In this document: in pieces, positions 11,901-18,814 of the stretch | Numbering within the stretch: the first letter of the stretch is position 1 | Layout: every line of letters starts with the position of its first letter | DNA from: Rhodoluna sp. | Lineage (GTDB): Bacteria; Actinomycetota; Actinomycetes; Actinomycetales; Microbacteriaceae | DNA: 35,351 nt | Assembly: GCA_044361205.1 (NCBI GenBank) | Contig: JBIKJD010000001.1 | Location: 1 to 35,351 of the forward strand | Reading direction: 5' to 3' | Program-made: the position numbers and the translations under genes | The notes under the pieces: generated by a model | The model's input: the letters and a program-made list of their open reading frames with translations, nothing else | Databases searched by the model: none | Told to the model about the DNA's origin: nothing

Positions 11901-13992
11901 GACAACTAGTGATGTCTGTGATGTCAACCCGACTACCGGTGTTGTGATCATCCCTGAGCCAGCAATCATTGGCACCTGTCGAGTTGTTGCTTCAAAGGCC
12001 GCCGACGAATTCTTCGCTGGTGCCGTTGCACCAGCAGTAGCGATTCAAATTACCAAAGCACCGCAGGACGAACTCGTGCTAGTGGCAGAAGACGATGAGA
12101 GCGCTGTTGCAGACGCAATAACGATTTCGGTCTCCGACACTGAGGGAGAGTCTGGTTCTGGAACCGGCCGCGTAACTTTCTCGGTACTGCCGGAGTCAGT
12201 GGCCGTTTGTTCGATCAATCCAGCTACTGGAGTAATCCTTGGAAAGAAGCCTGGAGAATGTTTGGTCAAGGCCACTAAGGCGGAAGACACTCTGTATTCA
12301 GCCGTAACTAGCGAAACCCTTGCAGTTGAGATTGTGAAGGCTGCTCAGGAGATTCTCTTCGTGCCAATCGCCCAGCTTTATAACGGCGGTAAGCCTTTTG
12401 TCGCAGGTAAAACTGGCGCAGTCTTCTCGCTTCTAGCAACAACCAACGCGCCGGGGGTCAAGCCGACCTTTGTTTCCACAACCCCAACTATCTGTACCGT
12501 GGTTGGTGACAAAGTTACGCCACGTGGAATTGGAACATGCACCATCACCGCTTCGGCTGGCGAAAACGCAAATTACTTTGCGGCTCCCAACGTGACCAAG
12601 TCATTCCCGATTGTGGTCTCGCCGATTCCTCAGACCTTGGAGCACACCGCGCCTGCAAGAATCGCTCTTAACGCACCTAGCACCGCGCTAGTCGCGACTT
12701 TGAAGTCGGTGCTACCAAACACTGGTGCAACTCCTGTGGTGAACGGTGTAACTCCGCTGCTCACAGTGGATAAAGCGAGTGCCAAAATCTGTAAGGTCGA
12801 GAGTGGAAAGTTAGTGGGCCTAACCGAAGGAACCTGTAACTATTCGCTGTCAGGGCCGAAGATCGGAGCGTTTACTGCTGTAGCGCCAGTGAAGTACTCA
12901 ACAGTCTTCTACGCTGGGGAAAACGTGACCACACAGAACTTCCCAGTTGCTGTTTCGGTTGGCAACCCACGAACCATCGTTATGACTACCGATTTACTTC
13001 CACTGCGCGGTGTTTCTAGTGCTGGATTGCCAGTTACCTACAACACCAGTAATGCTGCGGTTTGTTGGGCAGACGCGTCCGGAATGCTCCACTTGGCAAG
13101 TGCCGGAACGTGTTCGGTCACCGCAAGTTCGGGAGGACCGGGCTTCAAGACAAGCTCCAGTTCACCAGTCATCTTCGAGGTCACCAAGGCTAACCAAACT
13201 TTGACGTTCACGGCTCCCGGTGAAGTTATCCCTGGCAGTAGTCCGGAACGCCGTGCTCAGGCTGCCACCGACAGCGACACCGGATTCTTGTTATCGGCAA
13301 CTCTAAGTTCGGGCCTAACTCCTACTTTCGTTAGCCTTGACCCATCGATTTGTTCGGTCGAAGAAGATGGTTCGGTAACTTGGGAGAACGAGATCCCAGC
13401 TGCACCCGCCACTCGCGACTGCCGAGTCTCTATTTCTGCACCAGGCGATGCTGCGTATAACGCATTGCCTGAGCGTGTGGTTACGATTACCGCTAGACAC
13501 AGCAATGTGGTCTGGGATCCAAAGTCTGGACCGGTTCCCGAGAAGCCTGTATTTATGTCAGTTCCGAGAACTGGTGGCAAGGTTCAAAGCGGTGCTAACG
13601 GGTTCACCGTGACCACCAAAAACAACACCGTTGAGGTCAAACCATTCTCTACAGGTCTCTACATCGGGAAAATTACTTCGGTAATTCGAATTCCTTACCA
13701 AGTGACCGTGAATGGCGTAGTTCAGGACAAGGTTCAAACCTGTACAACTAACTTCGGTATTCTCAAGAAGATTCCAGCCAACAAGAAGCCTTTGGCGAAG
13801 AAGCTATTCACCAACTCAATCACTTGCAAGTTGAACAAGGATGCTTTCGCATACTTCAAGACCGGTGTTCCGATGAACATCACTGCAACGGTCACTCGAT
13901 TCCGCCTATGGCCTACGACGATGCAGGCCAAGACCCCTAGCGGCAAGGTAATCACGCCGAGAGTAGTGGTCTGGAACCTTACTGTGGGTTAG
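2983..13992 (+). CDS. Giant secreted surface protein/adhesin-like, 3669 aa: signal peptide, Gly-rich head, 23 + 8 Cys-paired Ig-like repeats, basic C-terminal domain
   Basis: 11-kb uninterrupted ORF with GTG start. N-terminus is basic then hydrophobic with an AQA cleavage site. Repeats were read directly from the translation. No LPXTG, TM helix or SLH motif seen at the C-terminus. Confidence 0.93.
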   Translation: MKLRGLKSALHLLLSTAVAVTSLSLTPMVAQADTATNIAPNPEMVCDTTTCTMTFPYVAGKYYVYTPPQGAEVTIRVTGGAGGTGGGDAWNGGGAGATGSRVSTTLVTSLSGTVLKIYPGSAGGAGWSGAATGGGAGGLSTFGNYNGGRGGNACNEGGSGGGGGGGAASLVQIDESTDRIIAAGGGGGAGASQYRWGAAGNGVSGVAGTTAGGAGGSMSGCDGAGAGAGGGGLLGGTGGWMAGYDWPQGQKAEWYGTGGYTGTSGGPTGSTVTNNVAGATGHGSVVVSFLNLFANISSASNFEKAADVTFNVTFPREVTGLTIEDFELDTARTTATGCTAPSALVGTGTTYSVKVTGCSEGALAIKLRDKAAIDTQGLESWLSFSNLVTIDRTAASLSITSPATPSNATTLNYSVVTNEALTSETLTTSDFTVTGAGCAVSAVTSPTSPAISPYTVAVTGCATGQSAAVTLKSGSATDLAGNASPTANVTSTAVTTDYNAPGGSFVVPSYTSTTLATNYFTFLTNENIAPASLAAADFENAGTATGCVFTPTLDSRTITLAVSSCSTGTLIPRLKQNSLTDLSGNNGPAAAITGPTLTIDRSVATATITAAVATTPTNAKTPLAYTVAFNEPISELTVADFSNTGTATGCVFTSTLSADRRSAAITASFCSDGTVIPTLAARSVTDAAGNLAPAAVVSATAITLDRTPVSVVSSTTAVTSPTKNSTIVYNMTMSELWTNSLTAADFTNVGTATGCSIAIAWVSGTTISVTVTNCSTSGTLKPVLAAKSFTDAVGNLSPEAAYTLPELVIDRVAPTVTAGTAPGATVETLGALTWNYSFSEPMLASSITAADFSNVAASPAATGCVFTPTLAGNGLSLSVTATNCSEGNVKLRLASGSVSDPAGNTAPAAALDSADTSLINTTPRVSFTAVPAANTNATSLSYTATFSESVKGAIASAFEVTGTATGCQLASSVASAETAVTSATLTVTGCSEGTVIVAAKARTLTDVSTALRVGPDAKTSASAVAIDRTAPAATFSPTTPINGAVGAVPLSFTVKFSEPIAPASLVAADFANGASAPVASSCVFAPVVSADGRSAVVTVTGCGTGNLLPQLSDSSGKTFSDLAGNVSATTAIKLTATASATTPLTIVVDRSPATATLVASPNTSPTAAADLTYNLTFNEAVTGLTASDFTNAGTATGCVFAPATANPAAGAAVVVTVSGCSSGTVVLTLASGSVNDLVGTASPAANLVAAGLTVDKTGPTVTLTSATTASTNASAITLVATFNEPTSNIVAADFENAGTATGCVFAPAAATASNAVNLLVTGCSEGTLQPRLKAASVTDALGNTGPAVASALASPITIDKSAPAATIVPVTVSPTNATTLSYTVNFTDAVSGIAAADFSNAATTGAATGCVFTPSAASGTSVTVNVTNCSAGSVTLKLAADGVTNLVSQTGPTVAVEATPISIDRTVPTAMVIAPITPNNSVNQEFRLTFGEAITGLTLSDLSITGASGCAPALTNVTATGATLTLSNCAPGLLRVALAKDSISDLHGNLGPSSEVVTEVGIDRLPPVFTINAPSSPNSGTTLTYSVAVNETLSPGSLTVSDFVVTGEGCRIGTLSNPVNGISPFTVTVTGCVDGATSVVSIPARSSSDLALNLGPATTASSSPVISDRTKPNSSISTSFPSTTNASIISYTIVTDEELNPASVTAADFANAATAPAATGCVFSPYVVGKTITVTITGCSAGKVVLRQSADSMADVAGNTGPATLKTGPEILIDRTAPTASLAAAVTTSPSPATSFIYNATFNEAVSGLTSSDFTNAGTATGCVFTPTMAVNNLSATVAITGCSEGTLIPTQAAASVADLAGNTAPANAITMPTITIDRTAATATLTTAVTSPVNSTSIVYTATFSEAVTGLASADFTNGGTATGCAFAVAGSGTTYTVTVTSCSTAGTLRPTLAQNGVTDGANTAPAVAVSGSELLLDRVAPAAPTVALTTVVAGTVITVTPLVYTFTFTEPLSEGSLAATDFKNAASSPTAGGCVFAPVLSANKLVVTVTVTGCFDGNVKPAILANAVTDVAGNAGPATETAIASQLVIDTAPRALFTTAPPAQTKDASLSYTVTFSESVTGVTLSDFAITGTANGCVPTLSAPANGTTATSTATLSLASCSEGTVIVTLAQNAIAANTGGASGPAANVLSTVTVDRSPATATIAAVGTITNPTGAAPMTFKVTFNEPVNPSTLVASDFSNTAGAPVASGCVFGAPVVAADGRSAEVTVSNCGSGGVNPTLAMSSVTDLAGNVSPAAAVKLATQIVVDRVPPTATITTAVTTPTSNASIPYTLTFTEAVTGITGADFTNTGTATGCVFAVAGSGTTYTVTATGCSTSGTLIVNAVAGAGADSLGIAAPASAVVASTITLDRVAPTATMTTASGLGVTAGTAITYTVTFNEAIDGTTLTASDFENIGTASGCTFANPVVAANRLSATVLVSSCARPLGETAGVTIEPSLKVNSVTDAFGNAGPAIAATNAAPVWIAGTANPTGTISAPSSPTNSNTQVFTVTMTDYVYTVNTLRYSNALAGQPGAATGCTFTASASAAATYTVTASNCSSGNLALKFGPHVPNDHASAVFNAANVWTLPGSQFVSPTVVIDRAPATVTITSVYGDEASVPKFMLDYSEAVSGLTLDDLRVVGDPRCQIAITSNSELSAEVTLTNCTPGNVARLTLAAGALADQTGNASPVTVVSSEPVTILLAEQAPLNLTSNFATQVLGVAGQLKVSVPTTGVGSGSGTGAVTYSTSTEDVCSINATTGVITPLTLGDCVVEATKAGDSNFSSATSNELTIPLTKTLQARLNATALPQSLVYSPTATSLRSTITIAGGSGAGPLSTEVSEASQDICSIEGLVVTMYLPGDCEILVTKDGGELLEAATALVTVKMTAAAQAGFVAEPSVTSVPWNTDEVIEVVAPEFGVGSGSGSGAISYASTTSDVCDVNPTTGVVIIPEPAIIGTCRVVASKAADEFFAGAVAPAVAIQITKAPQDELVLVAEDDESAVADAITISVSDTEGESGSGTGRVTFSVLPESVAVCSINPATGVILGKKPGECLVKATKAEDTLYSAVTSETLAVEIVKAAQEILFVPIAQLYNGGKPFVAGKTGAVFSLLATTNAPGVKPTFVSTTPTICTVVGDKVTPRGIGTCTITASAGENANYFAAPNVTKSFPIVVSPIPQTLEHTAPARIALNAPSTALVATLKSVLPNTGATPVVNGVTPLLTVDKASAKICKVESGKLVGLTEGTCNYSLSGPKIGAFTAVAPVKYSTVFYAGENVTTQNFPVAVSVGNPRTIVMTTDLLPLRGVSSAGLPVTYNTSNAAVCWADASGMLHLASAGTCSVTASSGGPGFKTSSSSPVIFEVTKANQTLTFTAPGEVIPGSSPERRAQAATDSDTGFLLSATLSSGLTPTFVSLDPSICSVEEDGSVTWENEIPAAPATRDCRVSISAPGDAAYNALPERVVTITARHSNVVWDPKSGPVPEKPVFMSVPRTGGKVQSGANGFTVTTKNNTVEVKPFSTGLYIGKITSVIRIPYQVTVNGVVQDKVQTCTTNFGILKKIPANKKPLAKKLFTNSITCKLNKDAFAYFKTGVPMNITATVTRFRLWPTTMQAKTPSGKVITPRVVVWNLTVG
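3862..11211 (+). repeat. Array of 23 ~100-120 aa type-A Ig-like domains
   Basis: Consensus DRxAP..T..F.E.VxGL...DF.N.GTATGC.F...V.VT.CS.GT....L...SV.D.AGN..P, counted by hand between successive D-R/K-x-x-P linkers. Each unit has one Cys pair. Resembles bacterial Ig-like Big_12/Big_13-type domains. Boundaries approximate. Confidence 0.85.
11215..13500 (+). repeat. Array of 8 ~95 aa type-B Ig-like domains
   Basis: Consensus Q......GSG.G.V.Y.S....VC.I...G.V....G.C.V.A.KA.D..Y..A. Eight units counted, each with one Cys pair. Big_2-like pattern. Boundaries approximate. Confidence 0.75.
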
Positions 13993-14005
13993 CTCCGACA
14001 ACCTG

Positions 14006-14043
14006 TGTAAAACTCCCGCTGAGAAATCGGCGGGAGTTTTACA
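14006..14043. terminator. Intrinsic terminator hairpin between the two surface-protein genes
   Basis: tgtaaaactcccgctga-GAAA-tcggcgggagttttaca: 17-bp stem (one G-U pair), GNRA loop, TTTT tract. Confidence 0.85.
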
Positions 14044-14052
14044 TTTGTCGGC

Positions 14053-16365
14053 ATGCATTCAAAGACACTCAGCCGCTGGCTCAAACTCGTTTTCGCAACC
14101 CTCGGACTATCCGCACTGCTCGGCGCAGGATTCACTCTTCCTTCGCAGGCGGTGAGCCCGACCCCAACACCCTATTGCTCAGAAGGAACCTGTTGGGTGA
14201 CGTTCGAATTCACCGGCGACTACTACACCTGGGTTCCGCCACAGGGCATCAACTCGCTGAGCTTCGAAGTCTTCGGTGCTCAGGGCGGGCGCTCCGGAGG
14301 AAAAGGTGGGCTAGTCTCTGGCGACTTCAAAGTCATTCCAAGTTCACTGAACGTTTATGTTGGAGGAGCCGGTGGAGTCGGTAACTCCGTCGCTGGCGGT
14401 TTCAACGGAGGTGGCACTTCTGGTTCGGGTCACGCCGACCAGGGTTCCGGCGGCGGGGCATCAGACCTTCGAACTTCAACTTCATTGGCCGACCGTGTTG
14501 TCGTGGCGGGTGGCGGTGGAGGCACCGGCGGTTGGATTGGTGGAGCTGGCGGCCTCGGTGGCGGGCTAATTGCAGCGGCTGGAACCAAGGGCTCAACAGC
14601 AGGAACTGCTGGCGGAGGCGGCACTCAACTCGCTGGAGGATCAATCGGGCTCGGTGTCTCCGGCGGAAACGGAAGCATCGGTGCGTTTGGGGTTGGCGGC
14701 AACGGGGGCACTGGATCTATCGCTGGAGGTGGCGGTGGAGGTGGCGGTTTCTTCGGCGGTGGAGGCGGTGGCTCCGATAGCGTATCCGGCGGAAACGACG
14801 GTGCGGGTGGGGGCGGTGGCTCGAGCTATGCGTCGATGGTGCTCACTGGCAATGTCGCTCACCAATCCGGAGCTCGAACCGGCAATGGTCAAGTCACCCT
14901 GAGTTACACGTTTCCCCCAAGTGCAACTTCTTTCGTGATGACCAGTGGCAGTCCGGTCTCGAACCGAGCAAGCTATTCGCTCGTATTCGATCAGTATGTC
15001 TTTGGTCTAGATCCAACCGACTTTGTTTTCGGAGGCACCGTCTATGGTTGTGCTATTCCGGCTGTTTACGGAAACGGGTATTCGTTCAACTTCGAAGTCG
15101 TCAACTGCAGTGCGGGCACACTTGAGCTCACACTTCGAGCAAATTCGGTCGCTGGCTCGAGTATTGGCCCAACCACACCATCCACCGCTAACTCTGTGAA
15201 GTTCGATCCTGTCGCTCCAGGCTTTAGGTTCACAACTCCGTTGTCTCCAACGAACTCGCTGACTCAAATCTTTTATCTAATCGGGGATGAGCCGTTTCAG
15301 GAACCAAACACCAGCGCTTTGACGCTCTCTGGGCAAAACTGTCGGATCACGAACATCGGAATGAACAACCCGACGACCGCAGCAATCACGGTTGGTGATT
15401 GTGCGCCAGAAACGCAGGTTTCGATTTCGCTCCGAGCCAGAGCGCTTCGCGATCTAATTGGCAATCAAGGTCCTCAGTTTGATGTTGGTTCCAACCCGGT
15501 CAAACTCGACCGCATGGCACCCTCTGTTGCCTCCGTTGTGGCTGGGGAAGCGGTTCCCGAAAACGTGCAATATCTGGTGACTTTTACCGAGGCGGTAACC
15601 GGCGTGAAAGCGGATTCGTTTGAAGTGTCGGGGCCGGGCTGTTTGCTATCCAAAGTCGAGGGCTCGGGATCCAATTACCAAGTTTGGGTCTCTGGTTGCA
15701 CGGGTAACCCTGGGCTGAAGGTTCTGGCGCAGGTTGGAAAAGACCCTGCAGGAAACTTTGGCCCGATGGAAGCCTACAACTTTGGGGAACAGGCAATCGA
15801 TACCACGGCTCCCTTCGCTCAAATCGTCGAGCAAGCACGTGCAACTATGAGCTTGATGCCCAGTTTTGCGATCGCTTTCAGCGAGGCCATCTCCGGCATA
15901 ACTTTGGATGTGTTTGCCTCTCGGGGCTCAGCCAAAAACTGTACATTCGAGCTCCGCGAGATTACGGCGCAAATCAATTACGTTCTCGAAGCTGCCAACT
16001 GCACTCCTGGAACTCTTCAACTAACCCTGATTGCCAACTCTGTCACCGACCTAACCGGAAATGTTGGGCCAGAAGCGGCGGTCAGTTCGACTCTCACTCG
16101 AATTGAAAAAGTAAGCGAGGAAGTGGAAACGGACATCTCTGTCGACACCAGCAGTCTTCAACTGCCTAATGGAACACCACTATCGCCAACCGAAAACAAA
16201 CCGGGTGTTGCAACCCCGAAACCAAAGCCATCAAACGAAGTTTCTTGGGTGGAGCGGTTAGTTATGCCAACTATTTCAAGCGACTCGTGGGTGGCAATTG
16301 GAATCGCTCTGCTAGCGGTGGTGCTGGCTAAGCGCTCGCGTGGCCGACGAGTTATTCGAAGATGA
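14053..16365 (+). CDS. Membrane-anchored surface protein, short paralog of the giant protein (Gly-rich head + 4 type-A Ig-like repeats)
   Basis: Signal peptide ending SQA. Shared CxxxxC-x-[MV]TF...YY...PPQG head and Gly-rich domain. Four Cys-paired repeats, Pro/Thr linker, hydrophobic WVAIGIALLAVVLA, then basic tail KRSRGRRVIRR. Confidence 0.9.
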   Translation: MHSKTLSRWLKLVFATLGLSALLGAGFTLPSQAVSPTPTPYCSEGTCWVTFEFTGDYYTWVPPQGINSLSFEVFGAQGGRSGGKGGLVSGDFKVIPSSLNVYVGGAGGVGNSVAGGFNGGGTSGSGHADQGSGGGASDLRTSTSLADRVVVAGGGGGTGGWIGGAGGLGGGLIAAAGTKGSTAGTAGGGGTQLAGGSIGLGVSGGNGSIGAFGVGGNGGTGSIAGGGGGGGGFFGGGGGGSDSVSGGNDGAGGGGGSSYASMVLTGNVAHQSGARTGNGQVTLSYTFPPSATSFVMTSGSPVSNRASYSLVFDQYVFGLDPTDFVFGGTVYGCAIPAVYGNGYSFNFEVVNCSAGTLELTLRANSVAGSSIGPTTPSTANSVKFDPVAPGFRFTTPLSPTNSLTQIFYLIGDEPFQEPNTSALTLSGQNCRITNIGMNNPTTAAITVGDCAPETQVSISLRARALRDLIGNQGPQFDVGSNPVKLDRMAPSVASVVAGEAVPENVQYLVTFTEAVTGVKADSFEVSGPGCLLSKVEGSGSNYQVWVSGCTGNPGLKVLAQVGKDPAGNFGPMEAYNFGEQAIDTTAPFAQIVEQARATMSLMPSFAIAFSEAISGITLDVFASRGSAKNCTFELREITAQINYVLEAANCTPGTLQLTLIANSVTDLTGNVGPEAAVSSTLTRIEKVSEEVETDISVDTSSLQLPNGTPLSPTENKPGVATPKPKPSNEVSWVERLVMPTISSDSWVAIGIALLAVVLAKRSRGRRVIRR

Positions 16366-17209
16366 CCGTTCGGTCGCCGTCAAGGAGCACACGATGCTCA
16401 CTAAACCATCGGATGGCTTGGGTGAGGGTTTTCGACTCGATATCTTGTCCCATCGACACCAGTTCCTCTTTGGAGTGAGAGTGGGTCACCCGAATCACGT
16501 TCTGCTCGATGATTGGGCCTTCATCCAAATCAGCGGTAACGAAGTGGGCGGTAGCGCCGATTAGCTTCACACCTCGAGCGTGAGCCTGCCCGTAAGGGTT
16601 TGCCCCCTTGAAGCCGGGCAGGAATGAGTGGTGAATGTTGATGATGCGACCTTCGAATTCGGCAACAAACTCGGGAGAAAGAATTTGCATGAAGCGAGCG
16701 AGAACAATCAGCTCAATGCCTGCCGACTTGATGTAATCGCGGAGCATACGTTCGAAAGCCGCTTTGGTTCCGGCATCCACAATTTCATGAGCCTCAAATG
16801 GAATCGAGTAGAACTCCGCTAGAGAAGCCAAGTCTGAGTGGTTTCCGAAAACGGCTGGAATCGTCACCGGAAGTTGCCCAGAGCGTTGACGGAACAGGAT
16901 GTCGTTAAGGCAGTGAGCGCTCTTGGAAACTAGCACGAGAGTCTTCAGCGGCCTGCCGACTTCATCGAGCTCCCAGGTCATTCCATAACGCTCAATCACC
17001 GGTGCAAGTTCAGTTTCGAAAGCCTGACGCGACGTTGCTGCCTCGATCTGTAGGCGCATGAAGAATCGTCCAGAGCCATCCGAGGAGAACTGAGATGACT
17101 CGGTGATGTTTCCTTTGGCGGCTACGACCGCCCCAGAGATGGCGTGAACAATTCCTGGCTGGTCTTTACATATCAGGGTTAAAACCCAATGGCTCGCCGT
17201 TACAGTCAT
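16352..17209 (-). CDS. purU: Formyltetrahydrofolate deformylase
   Basis: N-terminal ACT domain (CKDQPGIV), LARFMQILS, INIHHSFLPGFKGANPY, GVKLIGATAHFVTADLDEGPIIEQ. Confidence 0.97.
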   Translation of the reverse strand: MTVTASHWVLTLICKDQPGIVHAISGAVVAAKGNITESSQFSSDGSGRFFMRLQIEAATSRQAFETELAPVIERYGMTWELDEVGRPLKTLVLVSKSAHCLNDILFRQRSGQLPVTIPAVFGNHSDLASLAEFYSIPFEAHEIVDAGTKAAFERMLRDYIKSAGIELIVLARFMQILSPEFVAEFEGRIINIHHSFLPGFKGANPYGQAHARGVKLIGATAHFVTADLDEGPIIEQNVIRVTHSHSKEELVSMGQDIESKTLTQAIRWFSEHRVLLDGDRTVIFE

Positions 17210-17216
17210 AGAGCCA

Positions 17217-17222
17217 ATCTTA
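17217..17222 (-). promoter_or_regulatory. Putative -10 box (TAAGAT), leaderless purU
   Basis: Hexamer 7 nt upstream of the purU ATG. Confidence 0.55.
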
Positions 17223-17230
17223 AAGGAGAG

Positions 17231-17356
17231 TTACTCGTCGTCGTCGTTTAGTGGGCGAATCTGCTTGCGATCACGAATTGTGGCAACGACGATGTAGATG
17301 GCCAAACCGAATCCCACGGTGATGAGCCCAAACCCAATCATTACCGGCAGCGGCAT
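17231..17356 (-). CDS. Small single-pass membrane protein, 41 aa (not in ORF track)
   Basis: MPLPVMIGFGLITVGFGLAIYIVVATIRDRKQIRPLNDDDE. One TM stretch, then basic residues and an acidic tail. AAGGA Shine-Dalgarno 6 nt upstream. Confidence 0.7.
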   Translation of the reverse strand: MPLPVMIGFGLITVGFGLAIYIVVATIRDRKQIRPLNDDDE

Positions 17357-17368
17357 TGCTAATCCTTA

Positions 17369-17452
17369 CTAAAACTCAAGGTCCCCAAAAACTTCCGAGT
17401 AGGTAATTTCAGATAAATCAAAAACTAAACCGAAAGTATGTATTTTCATCAT
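17369..17452 (-). CDS. Possible 27-aa peptide (not in ORF track)
   Basis: MMKIHTFGLVFDLSEITYSEVFGDLEF. AGGA upstream; tandem TAG-TAA stops run into the SD of the 41-aa ORF. Confidence 0.3.
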   Translation of the reverse strand: MMKIHTFGLVFDLSEITYSEVFGDLEF

Positions 17453-17521
17453 AGCGAACATTCCTACATGTATTAGTTTTTGCGAACAATTTGTGCCAAA
17501 GACGGCTAAACACTTGGGCGT

Positions 17522-17530
17522 TGCTAGAAT
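17522..17530 (+). promoter_or_regulatory. Extended -10 (TGc-TAGAAT), leaderless glyA transcript
   Basis: TAGAAT 6 nt before the ATG at 17537, TGn extension, no SD. Confidence 0.7.
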
Positions 17531-17536
17531 TTAGGC

Positions 17537-18811
17537 ATGCTGCCTACCTCCTTCACCAAGCCATTGAGCGAAACTGACCCAGAAATCGCTGCCGTTTTAC
17601 AAAACGAACTAGATCGCCAGCGCAACTTCCTGGAGATGATTGCTTCGGAGAACTTCGTTTCCCGTGGGGTGCTGGAAGCCCAAGGATCGGTGCTGACCAA
17701 CAAGTATGCGGAAGGCTACCCAGGCAAGCGCTACTACGGCGGCTGTGAAGTAGTCGACGTTGCAGAAGACCTAGCCCGCAACCGCGCCAAGGAACTGTTC
17801 GGTGCCGAGTACGCAAACGTCCAACCACACTCTGGAGCAAGCGCAAACGCAGCAGTGCTCATGGCCCTAGCCAACCCAGGCGACCGCATTCTCGGACTCG
17901 AACTTGCTCACGGCGGTCACCTCACTCACGGCATGCGCCTAAACTTCTCGGGCAAGATGTACGAAGCTCACGCCTACGAACTAAACCCAGAAACTTTCCT
18001 AATCGACATGGACATCGTGCGTGCTCGCGCTCACGAAGTGAAGCCCGCTGTTCTGATTGCCGGTTGGTCGGCCTACGCACGCCACATCGACTTCGCCGAA
18101 TTCCGCAAGATTGCCGACGAAGTTGGAGCAAAGCTTTGGGTCGACATGGCTCACTTCGCTGGAATGGTTGCAGCCGGCCTGCACCCGAGCCCTGTTCCTT
18201 ACGCCGATGTAATTTCCACCACCGTTCACAAAACCTTGGCTGGCCCACGTTCCGGACTAATCCTTTGCAAAGAGGAATACGCCAAGAAGATTGACTCGGC
18301 AGTATTCCCAGGTCAGCAGGGTGGTCCACTGATGCACGTCATCGCCGCCAAAGCGGTGGCATTCAAAGCCGCGATGTCAGATGAATTCAAAGAGCGTCAG
18401 AAGCGCACTCTTGAAGGCGCTGCAATCATCGCCGACCGTCTCAACCAGGACGACATGAAGGCAGAGGGCGTTCAGGTTCTAACCGGTGGCACCGAAGTGC
18501 ACCTCGTCCTAGTTGACCTCCGCAACGCCGTAATTGACGGACAGACCGCAGAGAACCTACTTCACGACGTTCAGATCACCGTCAACCGCAACTCGGTTCC
18601 AAACGACCCTCGCCCACCAATGGTTACCTCTGGCGTGAGAATTGGAACTCCAGCCCTAGCCACTCGTGGCTTCGGCAAGGCCGAGTTCACCGAGGTTGCC
18701 GAAGTGATTGCTTCCGTTCTCAAGCCAAACCCGAACATCGCAGAGCTAAAGGCCAGAGTTCAGAAACTCGCCGACGCCTTCCCGCTCTACCCAGACTTGG
18801 AAAACTGGTAA
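17537..18811 (+). CDS. glyA: Serine hydroxymethyltransferase
   Basis: [42 protein letters not shown] lysine motif [11 protein letters not shown]. Confidence 0.98.
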   Translation: MLPTSFTKPLSETDPEIAAVLQNELDRQRNFLEMIASENFVSRGVLEAQGSVLTNKYAEGYPGKRYYGGCEVVDVAEDLARNRAKELFGAEYANVQPHSGASANAAVLMALANPGDRILGLELAHGGHLTHGMRLNFSGKMYEAHAYELNPETFLIDMDIVRARAHEVKPAVLIAGWSAYARHIDFAEFRKIADEVGAKLWVDMAHFAGMVAAGLHPSPVPYADVISTTVHKTLAGPRSGLILCKEEYAKKIDSAVFPGQQGGPLMHVIAAKAVAFKAAMSDEFKERQKRTLEGAAIIADRLNQDDMKAEGVQVLTGGTEVHLVLVDLRNAVIDGQTAENLLHDVQITVNRNSVPNDPRPPMVTSGVRIGTPALATRGFGKAEFTEVAEVIASVLKPNPNIAELKARVQKLADAFPLYPDLENW

Positions 18812-18814
18812 CCC

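Noticed and set aside
4536-13955. Many 60-208 aa minus-strand ORFs inside the giant gene
   Set aside because: Antisense shadows of Ala/Thr/Val-rich codons, broken by stops at roughly each repeat, with no independent signals.
16162-16280. Possible sortase motif in the 770-aa protein (LPNGT, MPTIS)
   Set aside because: Neither matches LPxTG/LAxTG at the proper distance from the TM helix; a simple TM anchor is more parsimonious.
17360-17536. ZMP/ZTP or glycine riboswitch expected near glyA/purU
   Set aside because: The region is AT-rich with no recognisable aptamer, and glyA appears leaderless.
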